Source of the DNA: Candidatus Hadarchaeales archaeon
GTDB lineage: Archaea; Hadarchaeota; Hadarchaeia; Hadarchaeales; WYZ-LMO6
Assembly: GCA_038851755.1 (NCBI GenBank)
Contig: JAWCKR010000007.1
Coordinates: forward strand, 1 to 64,000
DNA: 64,000 nucleotides
Direction: 5' to 3'
Shown here one piece after another: positions 18,659 through 27,517 of the stretch (positions within the stretch are counted from its first letter, which is position 1; every line of letters begins with the position of its first letter). A program made the translations under genes and the position numbers. The notes below the pieces were generated by a model. That model did not search any database, had not been told where the DNA came from, and was given only the letters and a program-made list of their open reading frames with translations.

Positions 18659-19609
18659 TCAGGGGAGGCCCAGCTCCTCCGCCAGGAGGGAGGGCAAATC
18701 CTGTGGGGGGGGCACCTTCTTCAGCAACTCCGGGAGGACCCTCGCCAGTTCCTCCGCGGACCACCTCCCCTTCTTGGAGGCCTTCTGGGGAGATCTCCAG
18801 CCGTCCAGCACCCATACCGTTCCACCCACGATCCTGATCACTTTTCCCGTGATGCCGGAGGCCTGGTCCGAGGCCAAGAAGGCCACGAGGGGGGCGGCGT
18901 TCCCTGGCGCCAGGACATCGAAGCCGAAGCGCTTCTCCATCTCCTCTGGAGTGCTCATGAGGGGTGCCATGGAAGGAGTGGCCTCCGTGGTCAGCCTGGT
19001 CCTGGCCAGGGGGACGATCACGTTGGCCGTCACACCGTACTTCTCCATCTCCTTTGCCACGATGAGGGTGAAGGCCACGATTCCCGCCTTGGCCGCCCCG
19101 TAGTTGCTCTGCCCAGGATTGTAGAGCAGACCGGCATCGGAAGCCGTGTTGATGATCCTGCCCGAGATAGGCTTGCCCGCCTTGTGCTGCTCCCTCCAGT
19201 AGGCGCAGGCGTGCCTGGTGCAGTTGAAGGTTCCCTTAAGGTGCACGTTGATCACGGCGTCCCACTCCTCCTCCGACATGTTGAAGATCATCCTGTCCCT
19301 GAGAATCCCGGCGTTGTTCACCAGGATGTCCAGTCTCCCGAAGCTCTCCACGGCCTCTTCCACGATCCTCCTCGCCCCCTCGAAATCAGAAACGCTCTCG
19401 TAGTTGGGGACCGCCTCCCCACCCATCCTCCTTATTTCCTCCACCACCTCGTCAGCTGGACCGTGGTGCTCCCCCTTCCCATCAAAACCTCCTCCCACAT
19501 CGTTGACCACCACCTTGGCCCCGTGGCGGGCCAGCTCAAGGGCTTCCTCCCTTCCAAGACCCCTCCCCGCTCCAGTGACGATGGCTACCTTTCCCCCCAG
19601 CAGCCCCAT
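18659..19609 (-). CDS. SDR oxidoreductase, similar to MFE-2-type 3-hydroxyacyl-CoA dehydrogenases
   Basis: TGAGRGLG, VVVND.G, NNAGILRD, YGAAK. Confidence 0.88.
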   Translation of the reverse strand: MGLLGGKVAIVTGAGRGLGREEALELARHGAKVVVNDVGGGFDGKGEHHGPADEVVEEIRRMGGEAVPNYESVSDFEGARRIVEEAVESFGRLDILVNNAGILRDRMIFNMSEEEWDAVINVHLKGTFNCTRHACAYWREQHKAGKPISGRIINTASDAGLLYNPGQSNYGAAKAGIVAFTLIVAKEMEKYGVTANVIVPLARTRLTTEATPSMAPLMSTPEEMEKRFGFDVLAPGNAAPLVAFLASDQASGITGKVIRIVGGTVWVLDGWRSPQKASKKGRWSAEELARVLPELLKKVPPPQDLPSLLAEELGLP

Positions 19610-19679
19610 CGTTCGTCTTCTTCCTCCCCGTGTAAAAAGATGGCGGTGCCGAGGTTTCCCCCCTCAAGCTCTCCTGAGG

Positions 19680-20327
19680 CTACAGGTGGATCTCCAGGCC
19701 CGCTTTACCCTCCACGCTGACGCCTGTAAACCTTTCCAGGATCTCCTTCTTGTGGACGGTACAGTGACTGGGAACGATGAGTCCCAGGTTCGCCAGGGCC
19801 CCGTAATCCCTGAACCCGTGCATCCCTCCCACCAGGCCCCACACCCTCCCAAACTCTGAGGCCTTCGCGAGAATCCTGCGAACCCCGGGATGGGAGCAAC
19901 CCACAACCACCACCAGACCCTTTTTGGTCCTCACCACAAGCGACTGTTCCCTGACCTCTCTCCCTAGCTCTCCCGTGGTCCATACACCCTCGCACACCCG
20001 CTGAGGTCCTCTCACCTCGTGAAGGTCGAACCTGGCAGCCAGTTCCTCCTTCAGCCTCTCGGAGAAAGACTGGGGGACGTAGAGCTCCATATCCCTCCCA
20101 AGCTGAGGCAAACCTCCCAGATGATCCCAGTGGGCATGGGAGATGACCACCCTCTTTATTCCCTCTGACCTCACGCCAAGTTTTTTCAGGTTCGCAAGCA
20201 ACAGGTTACCATCCCAGCCCGTGTCAAAGAGTATCCTCTCGCCCTCCAGCCCCACCAGACAGGAGAAACCCCAGCCCTTTTCGAACCCGGGCTTTGCCAC
20301 ACTGTCATAGGCTATCCAGACTCTCAT
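19680..20327 (-). CDS. MBL-fold metallo-hydrolase (family annotated as dihydropteroate-synthase-like MBL)
   Basis: WGFSCLV, ILFDTG, SHAHWDHLGG, GCSHPG, GGMH, SHCT. The ORF's upstream extension overlaps the tRNA, so the start is set at ATG 20327. Confidence 0.85.
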   Translation of the reverse strand: MRVWIAYDSVAKPGFEKGWGFSCLVGLEGERILFDTGWDGNLLLANLKKLGVRSEGIKRVVISHAHWDHLGGLPQLGRDMELYVPQSFSERLKEELAARFDLHEVRGPQRVCEGVWTTGELGREVREQSLVVRTKKGLVVVVGCSHPGVRRILAKASEFGRVWGLVGGMHGFRDYGALANLGLIVPSHCTVHKKEILERFTGVSVEGKAGLEIHL

Positions 20328-20387
20328 CCAGTCAGCCGGTAAAGACTCATTTTTGAGCAGCCAAAACCTTTCCCTCAGCGTTAAAAA

Positions 20388-20521
20388 TGGCGGGCCCGGT
20401 GGGATTCGAACCCACGACCGTCCGGTTTCCCTGCGCGTTAAGAGCTTCATCCGGTCCTCTCCGGACCGACGGATGCTCCACCAGACTGAGCTTCCCGGTA
20501 GCTTGCGCTACTTACGGGCCC
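20388..20521 (-). tRNA. tRNA-Lys(CUU) with three introns (20492-20512, 20446-20469, 20427-20438)
   Basis: Removing the three segments gives a canonical 77-nt cloverleaf: GGGCCCG TA GCTC AGTCTGGTG GAGC A TCCGG CTCTTAA CCGGA CGGTC GTGGG TTCGAAT CCCAC CGGGCCC G CCA. Each junction forms a BHB or BHL motif. Confidence 0.92.
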
Positions 20522-20547
20522 GGGCCCGATAAAGCTCCTCCTCCCCC

Positions 20548-20560
20548 TCTTAAAAGCTTT
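20548..20560 (-). promoter_or_regulatory. Putative BRE/TATA of tRNA-Lys
   Basis: AAAGC-TTTTAAGA on the minus strand, ~30 nt upstream of the tRNA 5' end. Confidence 0.55.
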
Positions 20561-21113
20561 CAGGACGGGAGGAGTCTCTGCTTGGTTCCGGGAGGACCCT
20601 TTCCAACCTACCCGAGCACTCCCGGCAGAAGGCCCTCCCCTTGGCATCCACTTCCAAGATGGAGTTGGAGAAGCTCATCACGCAACTCCTCCTCGCACAG
20701 TGGCCCAGGCCAAGGGTATGTCCCAGCTCATGAACCGCTTCCTTGACCAGCCTCTCCTGCAGGAGGTTCCCTCCCCCCCTCTCCCGGTAGAATCTGGGAT
20801 CAAGCCTGCACACGGAAACCAACGCCCCCCTCCCCGGGCACTCGGCCAGACCAAAGACAAAGTTCAGACCCGGAGCGTAGAGATCCACACCCGTAAGAGC
20901 CAGGACCCTGCCCTCGCACTGCTTGAGCACTTCCCTGAGGAAAGAAGAGGCCTCATACTGACCTCTGCTCTTCCTGTAAGCCTGCTGGGGTACTTCCAGG
21001 GGGGGCAAGGCAACTGGTTTGAGCTTGCCCCCAAAGGACTCGGGAAGAACAGCACCCAGCTTGGGAAGGACCCAGTAGGGCAGTCTTCCCACCGGGACCA
21101 TCTTCACCTCCAA
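20550..21113 (-). CDS. amzA: Archaemetzincin Zn metalloprotease
   Basis: NFVFGLA, HELGHTLGLGHC...CVMSFSNS...FCREC. Confidence 0.9.
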   Translation of the reverse strand: MEVKMVPVGRLPYWVLPKLGAVLPESFGGKLKPVALPPLEVPQQAYRKSRGQYEASSFLREVLKQCEGRVLALTGVDLYAPGLNFVFGLAECPGRGALVSVCRLDPRFYRERGGGNLLQERLVKEAVHELGHTLGLGHCARRSCVMSFSNSILEVDAKGRAFCRECSGRLERVLPEPSRDSSRPESF

Positions 21114-21185
21114 GGCTGACAGGTGAGATCCCTCTAAAACCCTCGGCCTCCACCCTTTTAACGCATCTTTTCCCCCTTTCCAAAG

Positions 21186-21758
21186 GTGGGGCTGGAGGTC
21201 CTTCTTCTGGTAAAGGGCAGGTGGGGGCCAGAGGAGCTGGGGCTACCCGACACCATGGCATGCAACATCAGGGGGGAAGACACCCTGATCGTGCCCTTTC
21301 CCTCCCAAGGCCCCAGATACTACCCCTGTCAGGACCCACCGCTGGAGTACGCGGTTCCCGGAAAGGTACCTCAGCTGGAATTCGAGGTCTTGCTGAGCGA
21401 CTGGGAGAGCGGTTGTCTGGAGGAGGGAAAAGCGGTAATCCTCTGCGGGTGGGAGGGAGAAAAGCTCAGACCAGAGTACAGGAGGGAGAAGCCACTCCCC
21501 TGCCAGGAGAACGGGCTCTTCTACACCGGGGGGCACGTGAGGGTCACGGCCTTTCCCTCGGGAAGGATCCTGCTGGAGGGCTTCCATCCCTCCCTCCAAG
21601 AAAAGAGGAGGAAAATCGTGGTGAGAAAAGAGGTCCTCTGGGAGGGAACGCTGGCGCTGCCCAGGGACCTCGAAAAGTTCGCGGACGCGGCAAAAGCTGC
21701 CCTGGAGAAAGCCTGGTGCCCTGGATGTAAGGAACTGCACTACGCCTCAATAGGGTAA
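21186..21758 (+). CDS. Hypothetical protein with C-terminal CxxCxxxH motif
   Basis: 190-aa ORF ending AWCPGCKELHY; co-oriented with the corrinoid gene. Confidence 0.65.
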   Translation: MGLEVLLLVKGRWGPEELGLPDTMACNIRGEDTLIVPFPSQGPRYYPCQDPPLEYAVPGKVPQLEFEVLLSDWESGCLEEGKAVILCGWEGEKLRPEYRREKPLPCQENGLFYTGGHVRVTAFPSGRILLEGFHPSLQEKRRKIVVRKEVLWEGTLALPRDLEKFADAAKAALEKAWCPGCKELHYASIG

Positions 21759-21785
21759 AAATACTTCACCTCTCAAAGTTTCTGG

Positions 21786-22430
21786 ATGTCCGGGGTGAAG
21801 GAGGCCCTGGAGGCCCTGCTCGATTTCAAGGGAAAAAAAGTGAAGGAATTCTGCCTCCAGAGGTTGGGAAGGGGTGAGAAAGCCTATGACATCCTCCAGG
21901 AACTCAACCAAGGACTGGAAGAAATAGGAAAGGGCTACGAGAACAAAGAGTTCAGGAGGTACTTCGAATCGGACCTCATCGTGTCAGGAGCCAACATGAA
22001 GAGGGCGGTGGAGCTCTTGAGACCACACCTCTCGGGAGGGGAAAGGACGGTGAAGAGGGGGAGGATCCTGCTGGGGACTGTGAAGGGGGACGTGCACGAC
22101 ATAGGGAAAACCGTGCTCTCCATCCTCCTTCAGTCCAGCGGTTTCGAGGTGGTGGACCTGGGGGTGGATGTGGATAAAGGGGCCTTCGTGAAGGGGGTGA
22201 AGGAGCACCATCCGCAGCTGGTAGGGATGTCCGCCCTCCTCACCTCCACCGCCCCCTACATGGAGGAGGTGGTGGGTGAGCTGGTGAGGGAGGGAGTGAG
22301 AGAGAGGGTGAAGGTGATCGTGGGGGGGAGGGCGGTCACGGAGGAGTTCGCCAGGAGGATAGGCGCCGATGCCTACGCAAGGGATGCCGTGGAAGGAGTG
22401 AAGAAATGCCTGGAGCTGGTGGGGGGATGA
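21786..22430 (+). CDS. Corrinoid (B12-binding) methyltransferase cognate protein
   Basis: GTVKGDVHDIGK (DxHxxG), DLGVDV, SALLTST, VGG, GADAY, plus an N-terminal cap domain. Confidence 0.92.
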   Translation: MSGVKEALEALLDFKGKKVKEFCLQRLGRGEKAYDILQELNQGLEEIGKGYENKEFRRYFESDLIVSGANMKRAVELLRPHLSGGERTVKRGRILLGTVKGDVHDIGKTVLSILLQSSGFEVVDLGVDVDKGAFVKGVKEHHPQLVGMSALLTSTAPYMEEVVGELVREGVRERVKVIVGGRAVTEEFARRIGADAYARDAVEGVKKCLELVGG

Positions 22431-22433
22431 AGG

Positions 22434-23303
22434 TTGAGGATTTTCATGCTTTACCGGGGCCCCTTCGGGGAACAGATGGTCAACAACCTGGTGCTGAGAG
22501 GACTGGGCCCGCAAACCGTGGGAACCTTCGAGCTGAAGCCAGAAACCCTGGAGGAGGAGCATCCCGGAGAGAAGGACCTCTGGAACAAACTGTGGGAGGA
22601 ACCCTCCAAGTACCTCCCCAAAAGCCTCCCCTCCGTCAAGTGCGACCTGCTGCTGGTTCTGGGTCTCCACTCAAGGCTGGGGGACCTCATCCCCCCCATC
22701 GCGGAGAAGATGGGCGTCAGGAGCATCCTCTACCCCATCGATGACCGTCAGCACCTCCCTGAGGGGAAGAAAACCATCCAGGAGGAACTGGAGAGGAGGG
22801 GGGTGCACGTGGAGTTCCCCGAACCCTTCTGCGCTCTGGAAGGGAGCGAGGACCCCCTCATCCGGGAGTTTTCCCTGCACTTTGGAAAACCGAGGTTCAG
22901 GGTGAAGAGGGAGGAAGGAAGAATAAAGGCGGTGGAGGTGGTGAGGGACACGCCCTGCGGCTCCGCTCATGCAGTGGCGGAGAAGATGGTGGGGTTTTCC
23001 TGCGGGGACCTCAAGGCCCTGAAGGAGAAGCTCTTCTTCGAACACCACAACGAAGAGAACGAGAACTACTGCCTGGCGGAGATGGACCCCCTCGCCCCCT
23101 ACATGCAGGAGGCCGGGGACATCCTCGTGGACGCCTTCTTCGAGGCCTGCGGTTTCCCCACCACCAAGGATCTCATCCTTCAGGAGACCGAGCGTGGGAA
23201 GGTGGACTTTGAGCAACTGAAGAGGAAGCTGGTGGAGGAGGAGAAGAGGTGCGAGACGGAGAGGACCGTGCGAAGGATCCTCGTGGAGCTGGGGCTGGTC
23301 TAA
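22434..23303 (+). CDS. DUF166-like protein
   Basis: FPEPFCAL, FGKP, VVRDTPCGS, YCLA motifs resembling DUF166. Confidence 0.7.
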   Translation: MRIFMLYRGPFGEQMVNNLVLRGLGPQTVGTFELKPETLEEEHPGEKDLWNKLWEEPSKYLPKSLPSVKCDLLLVLGLHSRLGDLIPPIAEKMGVRSILYPIDDRQHLPEGKKTIQEELERRGVHVEFPEPFCALEGSEDPLIREFSLHFGKPRFRVKREEGRIKAVEVVRDTPCGSAHAVAEKMVGFSCGDLKALKEKLFFEHHNEENENYCLAEMDPLAPYMQEAGDILVDAFFEACGFPTTKDLILQETERGKVDFEQLKRKLVEEEKRCETERTVRRILVELGLV

Positions 23304-24892
23304 TCGCAGGAGAAGTGTAACTCGCCCACCAGCCTGTACATGAGATCGCTCTCGCTCTCCAGGTTAAGGTACTCCACCCTCCTCGCGAGTTCCTCTCCCT
23401 CCTCCCTCCTCCCCGCCGATACCAAAACCTGTCTGGCCCCTTCCAAAGCCGCATTCCCCACCTTCTCCACCCGACCTAGGGGGACGCAGGGAAGGAGGCC
23501 TATCCTGTAGGCCTTCTCCACCCTTATGTAGGTCCCGAAGGCCCCTGCCAGGTAGACCCTCTCCACGTCCTCCTCTCCTATCCCGTACCTCTCCAGCAGG
23601 ACCTTCACCCCCACACGGATGGCGGCCTTTGCCAGCTTCAGCTTGTCCACGTCCTCCTCGTCGATCTTGATCTCCCTCTCCCCCTCCGCTATCTTCACTT
23701 CCTTCCTCTCTCCCGTGAACTTTCCTGTCTCGTCCATGAACCCCCTCTCCAGCATCTCGGCCAGCACATCGATCAGGGCCGAGCCGCAGAGACCTACCGG
23801 AGGCAGATCATCTATGGTTTCGAAACTCACCCTCCCGCTCCCGTCTATCTCCACCCTGCTGATGGCTCCAGAAACCGCGCCCACCCCGCACTTTATCCCG
23901 CTGCCCTCGAAGGCTGGACCCGAAGCACAGGAGGTGGCAACCATTTTCTCCATGTTCCCCAGCACTATCTCCGTGTTCGTCCCTATGTCCATCAACATGC
24001 ACACCTCTCTCTTCCTGTGGAGGTCGGTGGCCAAGATGCCTGCCACGGTGTCCGCCCCCACGAAACCACCTATGAGGGGCATGGCATACACGTTCCCTCC
24101 AGGGTTCATCTCGAGCCCAAGCTCCACGCCCCTCCTGTTCTGGGCTTCCAGGCTGAGAGGCTTGAAGGGGAAAACCCCCAGCGAGGCCACGGGATGGCCC
24201 AGGAAGAGGTCCCTCATGGTGGAGTTGCCCACCACCACCATCTCATACACGTGCTCTGCCTTCACTCCCATTTTTCTCAGCATCTCGTTGACCGCTTCCC
24301 TCACCACCCTCTCCAACTCTTTCTGTCCCCCGCTCCTGGCGTGGGTGATCCTGCTTATCACGTCCCCTCCGTAGACCTCCTGCGGGTTCTTCATGGAAGA
24401 AACGCCCACTATCCTCCCCGTCTCGAGATCCACTCCGTAAGCCACCAGGGTGGTGGTGCCCACATCCAGGGCCACGCCCAGCATCTCGCCAGCGTACTCC
24501 CCCATCACCCTTCTCTCACCCTTCCACTCCCACACCACCCTTCCACCCTCCTTCTTCACCGGAGGCTCAAGCCTCACCGGCATGATCCTTCCCCTCTCCA
24601 GAATCCTGTACCTCCTCTCAGGCACCTCCGCCACCAGCCAGCCGTCCTCCCTTTCCACCCTGGCCTGGCACGCCAGTCTCTCCCCTGGCCGTACGAACTT
24701 GAGCTCGGCCTCCGTGAGCGGGCTCAGTCCCTCCCCCTCCACCCTGAGGAGGCACTGACCGCACAGACCCATTCCCCCGCAGAGGGAGGGGAGGTCTATC
24801 CCCATTTCCTGGCAGTAGGAGAGGAGGTTCTTGCCCCTCACCAGCCTGGCCCTCTTTCCGTAGTTCCTGAAGAAGAGCTCCCCCTTCTCCAT
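23300..24892 (-). CDS. ASKHA-domain reductive activator of corrinoid proteins (RACo/AcsV-like) with N-terminal 2Fe-2S
   Basis: CGGMGLCGQC...RLACQ, DVGTTT, GGFVGAD, DIGTNTE, GPAFEG, LAGAFG, GNAAL. Confidence 0.9.
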   Translation of the reverse strand: MEKGELFFRNYGKRARLVRGKNLLSYCQEMGIDLPSLCGGMGLCGQCLLRVEGEGLSPLTEAELKFVRPGERLACQARVEREDGWLVAEVPERRYRILERGRIMPVRLEPPVKKEGGRVVWEWKGERRVMGEYAGEMLGVALDVGTTTLVAYGVDLETGRIVGVSSMKNPQEVYGGDVISRITHARSGGQKELERVVREAVNEMLRKMGVKAEHVYEMVVVGNSTMRDLFLGHPVASLGVFPFKPLSLEAQNRRGVELGLEMNPGGNVYAMPLIGGFVGADTVAGILATDLHRKREVCMLMDIGTNTEIVLGNMEKMVATSCASGPAFEGSGIKCGVGAVSGAISRVEIDGSGRVSFETIDDLPPVGLCGSALIDVLAEMLERGFMDETGKFTGERKEVKIAEGEREIKIDEEDVDKLKLAKAAIRVGVKVLLERYGIGEEDVERVYLAGAFGTYIRVEKAYRIGLLPCVPLGRVEKVGNAALEGARQVLVSAGRREEGEELARRVEYLNLESESDLMYRLVGELHFSCD

Positions 24893-24952
24893 GCCTCTCC
24901 CTCCTCTGTCTTCCCCCTCCCCCCTAATAACCGCCCCCAGGAAAGGGAGAAC

Positions 24953-26347
24953 TCACTTCCAGTTATCGGCCAAGAACTTGGGAATACCGGAGGAATCCCT
25001 CGGCCCCACGAGAACCTCCCACTCGAACCCGAGGAGCTCCTCCAGCTCCCCTTTGTACCTAGCGGCCATGCCGGGGAGGATGACCTTCCTGTGCTTCACC
25101 TTGTCCTTCACGTTGGAGGCCTTTATGGCATCGGCTATGGTCTGTGCCGTCATCTTCCTCCCCGCTATCGAGGACTCCACGCTGAGGCCACCCGTGTCCA
25201 CCACGATGAGGTAGGAGGGAACCTTGGAGTTCTCTATGTCGCTGGCCACCGTGAAGTAGGTGAGGGCGAAGTTGGAGGTGACCATCACCGGTGAGTTCTC
25301 GTTCACGCTCCCTATGGTCCTCATCCCTGCGTCCACGCTGACCGGCTTCCTAGGATCGGTGAAGATGTTCTCCCTCAGGATGATGAGGGGAAGCCAGCTC
25401 CAGACCTCTTCGGACCTGACGAGGAGGAGGTCCGCATACCTGACCATCAGGATGGTGGCCAAGGCGGTCTCTTGCCAGGCCAGCTCCTCAGGCTTCCTTC
25501 CGCCATCCTCCCACACCCTGGCAACGGAGGCCACCAGCGGGAACCCCACTTCCGAATCCTCACCCCTGATGGCGGTGTTTCTCAGAACGGTGAAGCAGTT
25601 CACCGTTTCTCTCAGCTCCTCACCGAACCCCGCACCGGGGTCGAGGAGAAGATCCTGAACACCCCAGCTCAACATGGTCTTGGCCATGGACTTCAAGGTC
25701 TTCAGGTCGAAGGGAGAGTAGAGGGCCAGGGGGCACTGATACTTCAGGGCCAGTTCGCCCATTTCCTTCCAGTTCTCCTTGGTGGCAGCGTAGAGGAGGG
25801 GCTTCCTGTCCTTCACCAGGGAAACTGCCTTCTCCATCACCCCCGGGTCGGTGCACCAGAGCACCAGGGGAAGCTTGCTCAGGGAGGCCTTTTTCACGGT
25901 GGCCTCGAACTTGGAGGGATCCCCCGAGACGTACCTGGGGGCGAGCATGTCCAGCTTCAGGGTCTTCCCTATGTAGGAGTACCCGTACTCCTCCACTTTC
26001 TTGATCTTCTTCAGGAGGTCCACTTCCGGCAGGGTGTCCTCCAGGGTAAGGGCGAGGGGAGCGGGGTTGAAGTAACGGTACTCGTGCCTCCTCACCACCA
26101 GCTGTCCACCCACCTTGACCTCCCCTATCTTCACCTCCTTCACGGGGGGCTTCAGCATCTCCTGGAGCTTCTTCAGGTTGGCCTCCCCCTCCTTCTCCCA
26201 GAGGGGAGGACACTCCTCGAGCGAAATGGTCCTCTCCGCCAGCCTGGCAGCGAAGGCCATGCAAACTCCCGGCTCGCACTTCCCGCAGTTGGTCTTGGGG
26301 AGGAGGGCATAGATGTCCAGCGGACCTATCTTTTTCTTAGCTGCCAA
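24953..26347 (-). CDS. cdhE: ACDS gamma subunit (CFeSP large)
   Basis: LPKTNCGKC...CMAFA...CP, IFTDP, NFALTY, GLSV, VGPRDSSGIP. Confidence 0.94.
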   Translation of the reverse strand: MAAKKKIGPLDIYALLPKTNCGKCEPGVCMAFAARLAERTISLEECPPLWEKEGEANLKKLQEMLKPPVKEVKIGEVKVGGQLVVRRHEYRYFNPAPLALTLEDTLPEVDLLKKIKKVEEYGYSYIGKTLKLDMLAPRYVSGDPSKFEATVKKASLSKLPLVLWCTDPGVMEKAVSLVKDRKPLLYAATKENWKEMGELALKYQCPLALYSPFDLKTLKSMAKTMLSWGVQDLLLDPGAGFGEELRETVNCFTVLRNTAIRGEDSEVGFPLVASVARVWEDGGRKPEELAWQETALATILMVRYADLLLVRSEEVWSWLPLIILRENIFTDPRKPVSVDAGMRTIGSVNENSPVMVTSNFALTYFTVASDIENSKVPSYLIVVDTGGLSVESSIAGRKMTAQTIADAIKASNVKDKVKHRKVILPGMAARYKGELEELLGFEWEVLVGPRDSSGIPKFLADNWK

Positions 26348-27517
26348 TCACTTCACCCCTATCCAGGACATGAAAGTTGGCTCACCACCCTCTCCCATGA
26401 GCCACTTTATCACGTCCTTCATCGTCCTGATGGCCGCGGGATGCAGGGTGATGTAAAGGTCGTTCCCCGCCATCAGCATGGTGAGGGCCATGGCGGTCTC
26501 CCACATGGGTCCCCTGTACTCCCTGGCCCCCATCTCCGGGTTGTGCAACCAGGCTTCCCTGGCCCCCCAGGCGTTGGCCGTGGCCGAGCCCATGGGGCAC
26601 TGAAGCTCCGCGTCACCCATCAACCCGGCCAGTCTGATCCTCTCCATGATGGAGAAGGCATACTCCACCCCGTATCCCAGCGGGGCCGAGGTGGGATCTA
26701 TCACTATCTGCTCCTTGGGAAGGTACTCATACAGCCTGCGGTTCAGCTCCTTGGCCTGGGCCATGTCTATGGAGGTCCAGGCCAGGACCACATGACCGTG
26801 CTGCTTGGCCGCCTTGGCCACAGGTTCCCACATGTCCAAGTTGGCAGAGCTCAGCAGGACCCTCTCCCCCTCGCAGACCTCAGCTATCTTGGGTAGGAGC
26901 TTTGAGTCCTTCTCCGGGTTCCCCGAACCACCCACGATCAGGGGGACCTCCACTGCCTGCAGGAGGTTCTCCACCAGCTTGCAGGACTCCTCGATGGGGG
27001 TGTTCTTGGAGTAGGGGTCGCTGCTGACGAGCTCTATGTCTATCAGGTCGGCCCCGAACTTCTCCACCGCGAGCTTCGCCCACTTGATGGGGTCCTCTAT
27101 GGCATCACCAAGCACCGCCCTGACCGGCCCTGGCAGGGGAACTGGCATGTCAAAGACATCCCCGGCCACAGCGGGGGGGTTTGGGAACTTTCCCTCCAGG
27201 AAGTGCCAGGGTGGGGCCGTTTCCCCTCCTATCTTCACCACCCTTTTCCTCGTCCCGCCGTCAGCGCTGGTGGCCCCCAGCGTGACCTCGGCTATGGAGC
27301 CTGGGTACTCCTGCACGAAGGGGGAGAACTCGGCCTCCAGCAGGGAGGCGGGCCTGGCAGGGGGCGCCACCCTCGGAACCTGCGGTGGGATGAAAGACAT
27401 GAGGGGCCTGAAGAGGAGCTTCAGCTCCTCCACACTCAGGTCCACGTTCTCCAGCTCCAGCTCCTGGAATTCCCCCAGCAGTTCCAAGATTTCATCCAGC
27501 GGGGACTTTCCCGTCAC
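26348..27517 (-). CDS. cdhD: ACDS delta subunit (CFeSP small)
   Basis: GAT..DGGTR, DVFD, GGSGNPEKD, LGYGVEY, NAWGAREAW, GPMWE. Confidence 0.94.
   Translation of the reverse strand: MTGKSPLDEILELLGEFQELELENVDLSVEELKLLFRPLMSFIPPQVPRVAPPARPASLLEAEFSPFVQEYPGSIAEVTLGATSADGGTRKRVVKIGGETAPPWHFLEGKFPNPPAVAGDVFDMPVPLPGPVRAVLGDAIEDPIKWAKLAVEKFGADLIDIELVSSDPYSKNTPIEESCKLVENLLQAVEVPLIVGGSGNPEKDSKLLPKIAEVCEGERVLLSSANLDMWEPVAKAAKQHGHVVLAWTSIDMAQAKELNRRLYEYLPKEQIVIDPTSAPLGYGVEYAFSIMERIRLAGLMGDAELQCPMGSATANAWGAREAWLHNPEMGAREYRGPMWETAMALTMLMAGNDLYITLHPAAIRTMKDVIKWLMGEGGEPTFMSWIGVK

Noticed and set aside
20328-20450. N-terminal extension of the MBL ORF 19680..20450
   Set aside because: It overlaps the tRNA-Lys gene; the true start is probably ATG 20327.
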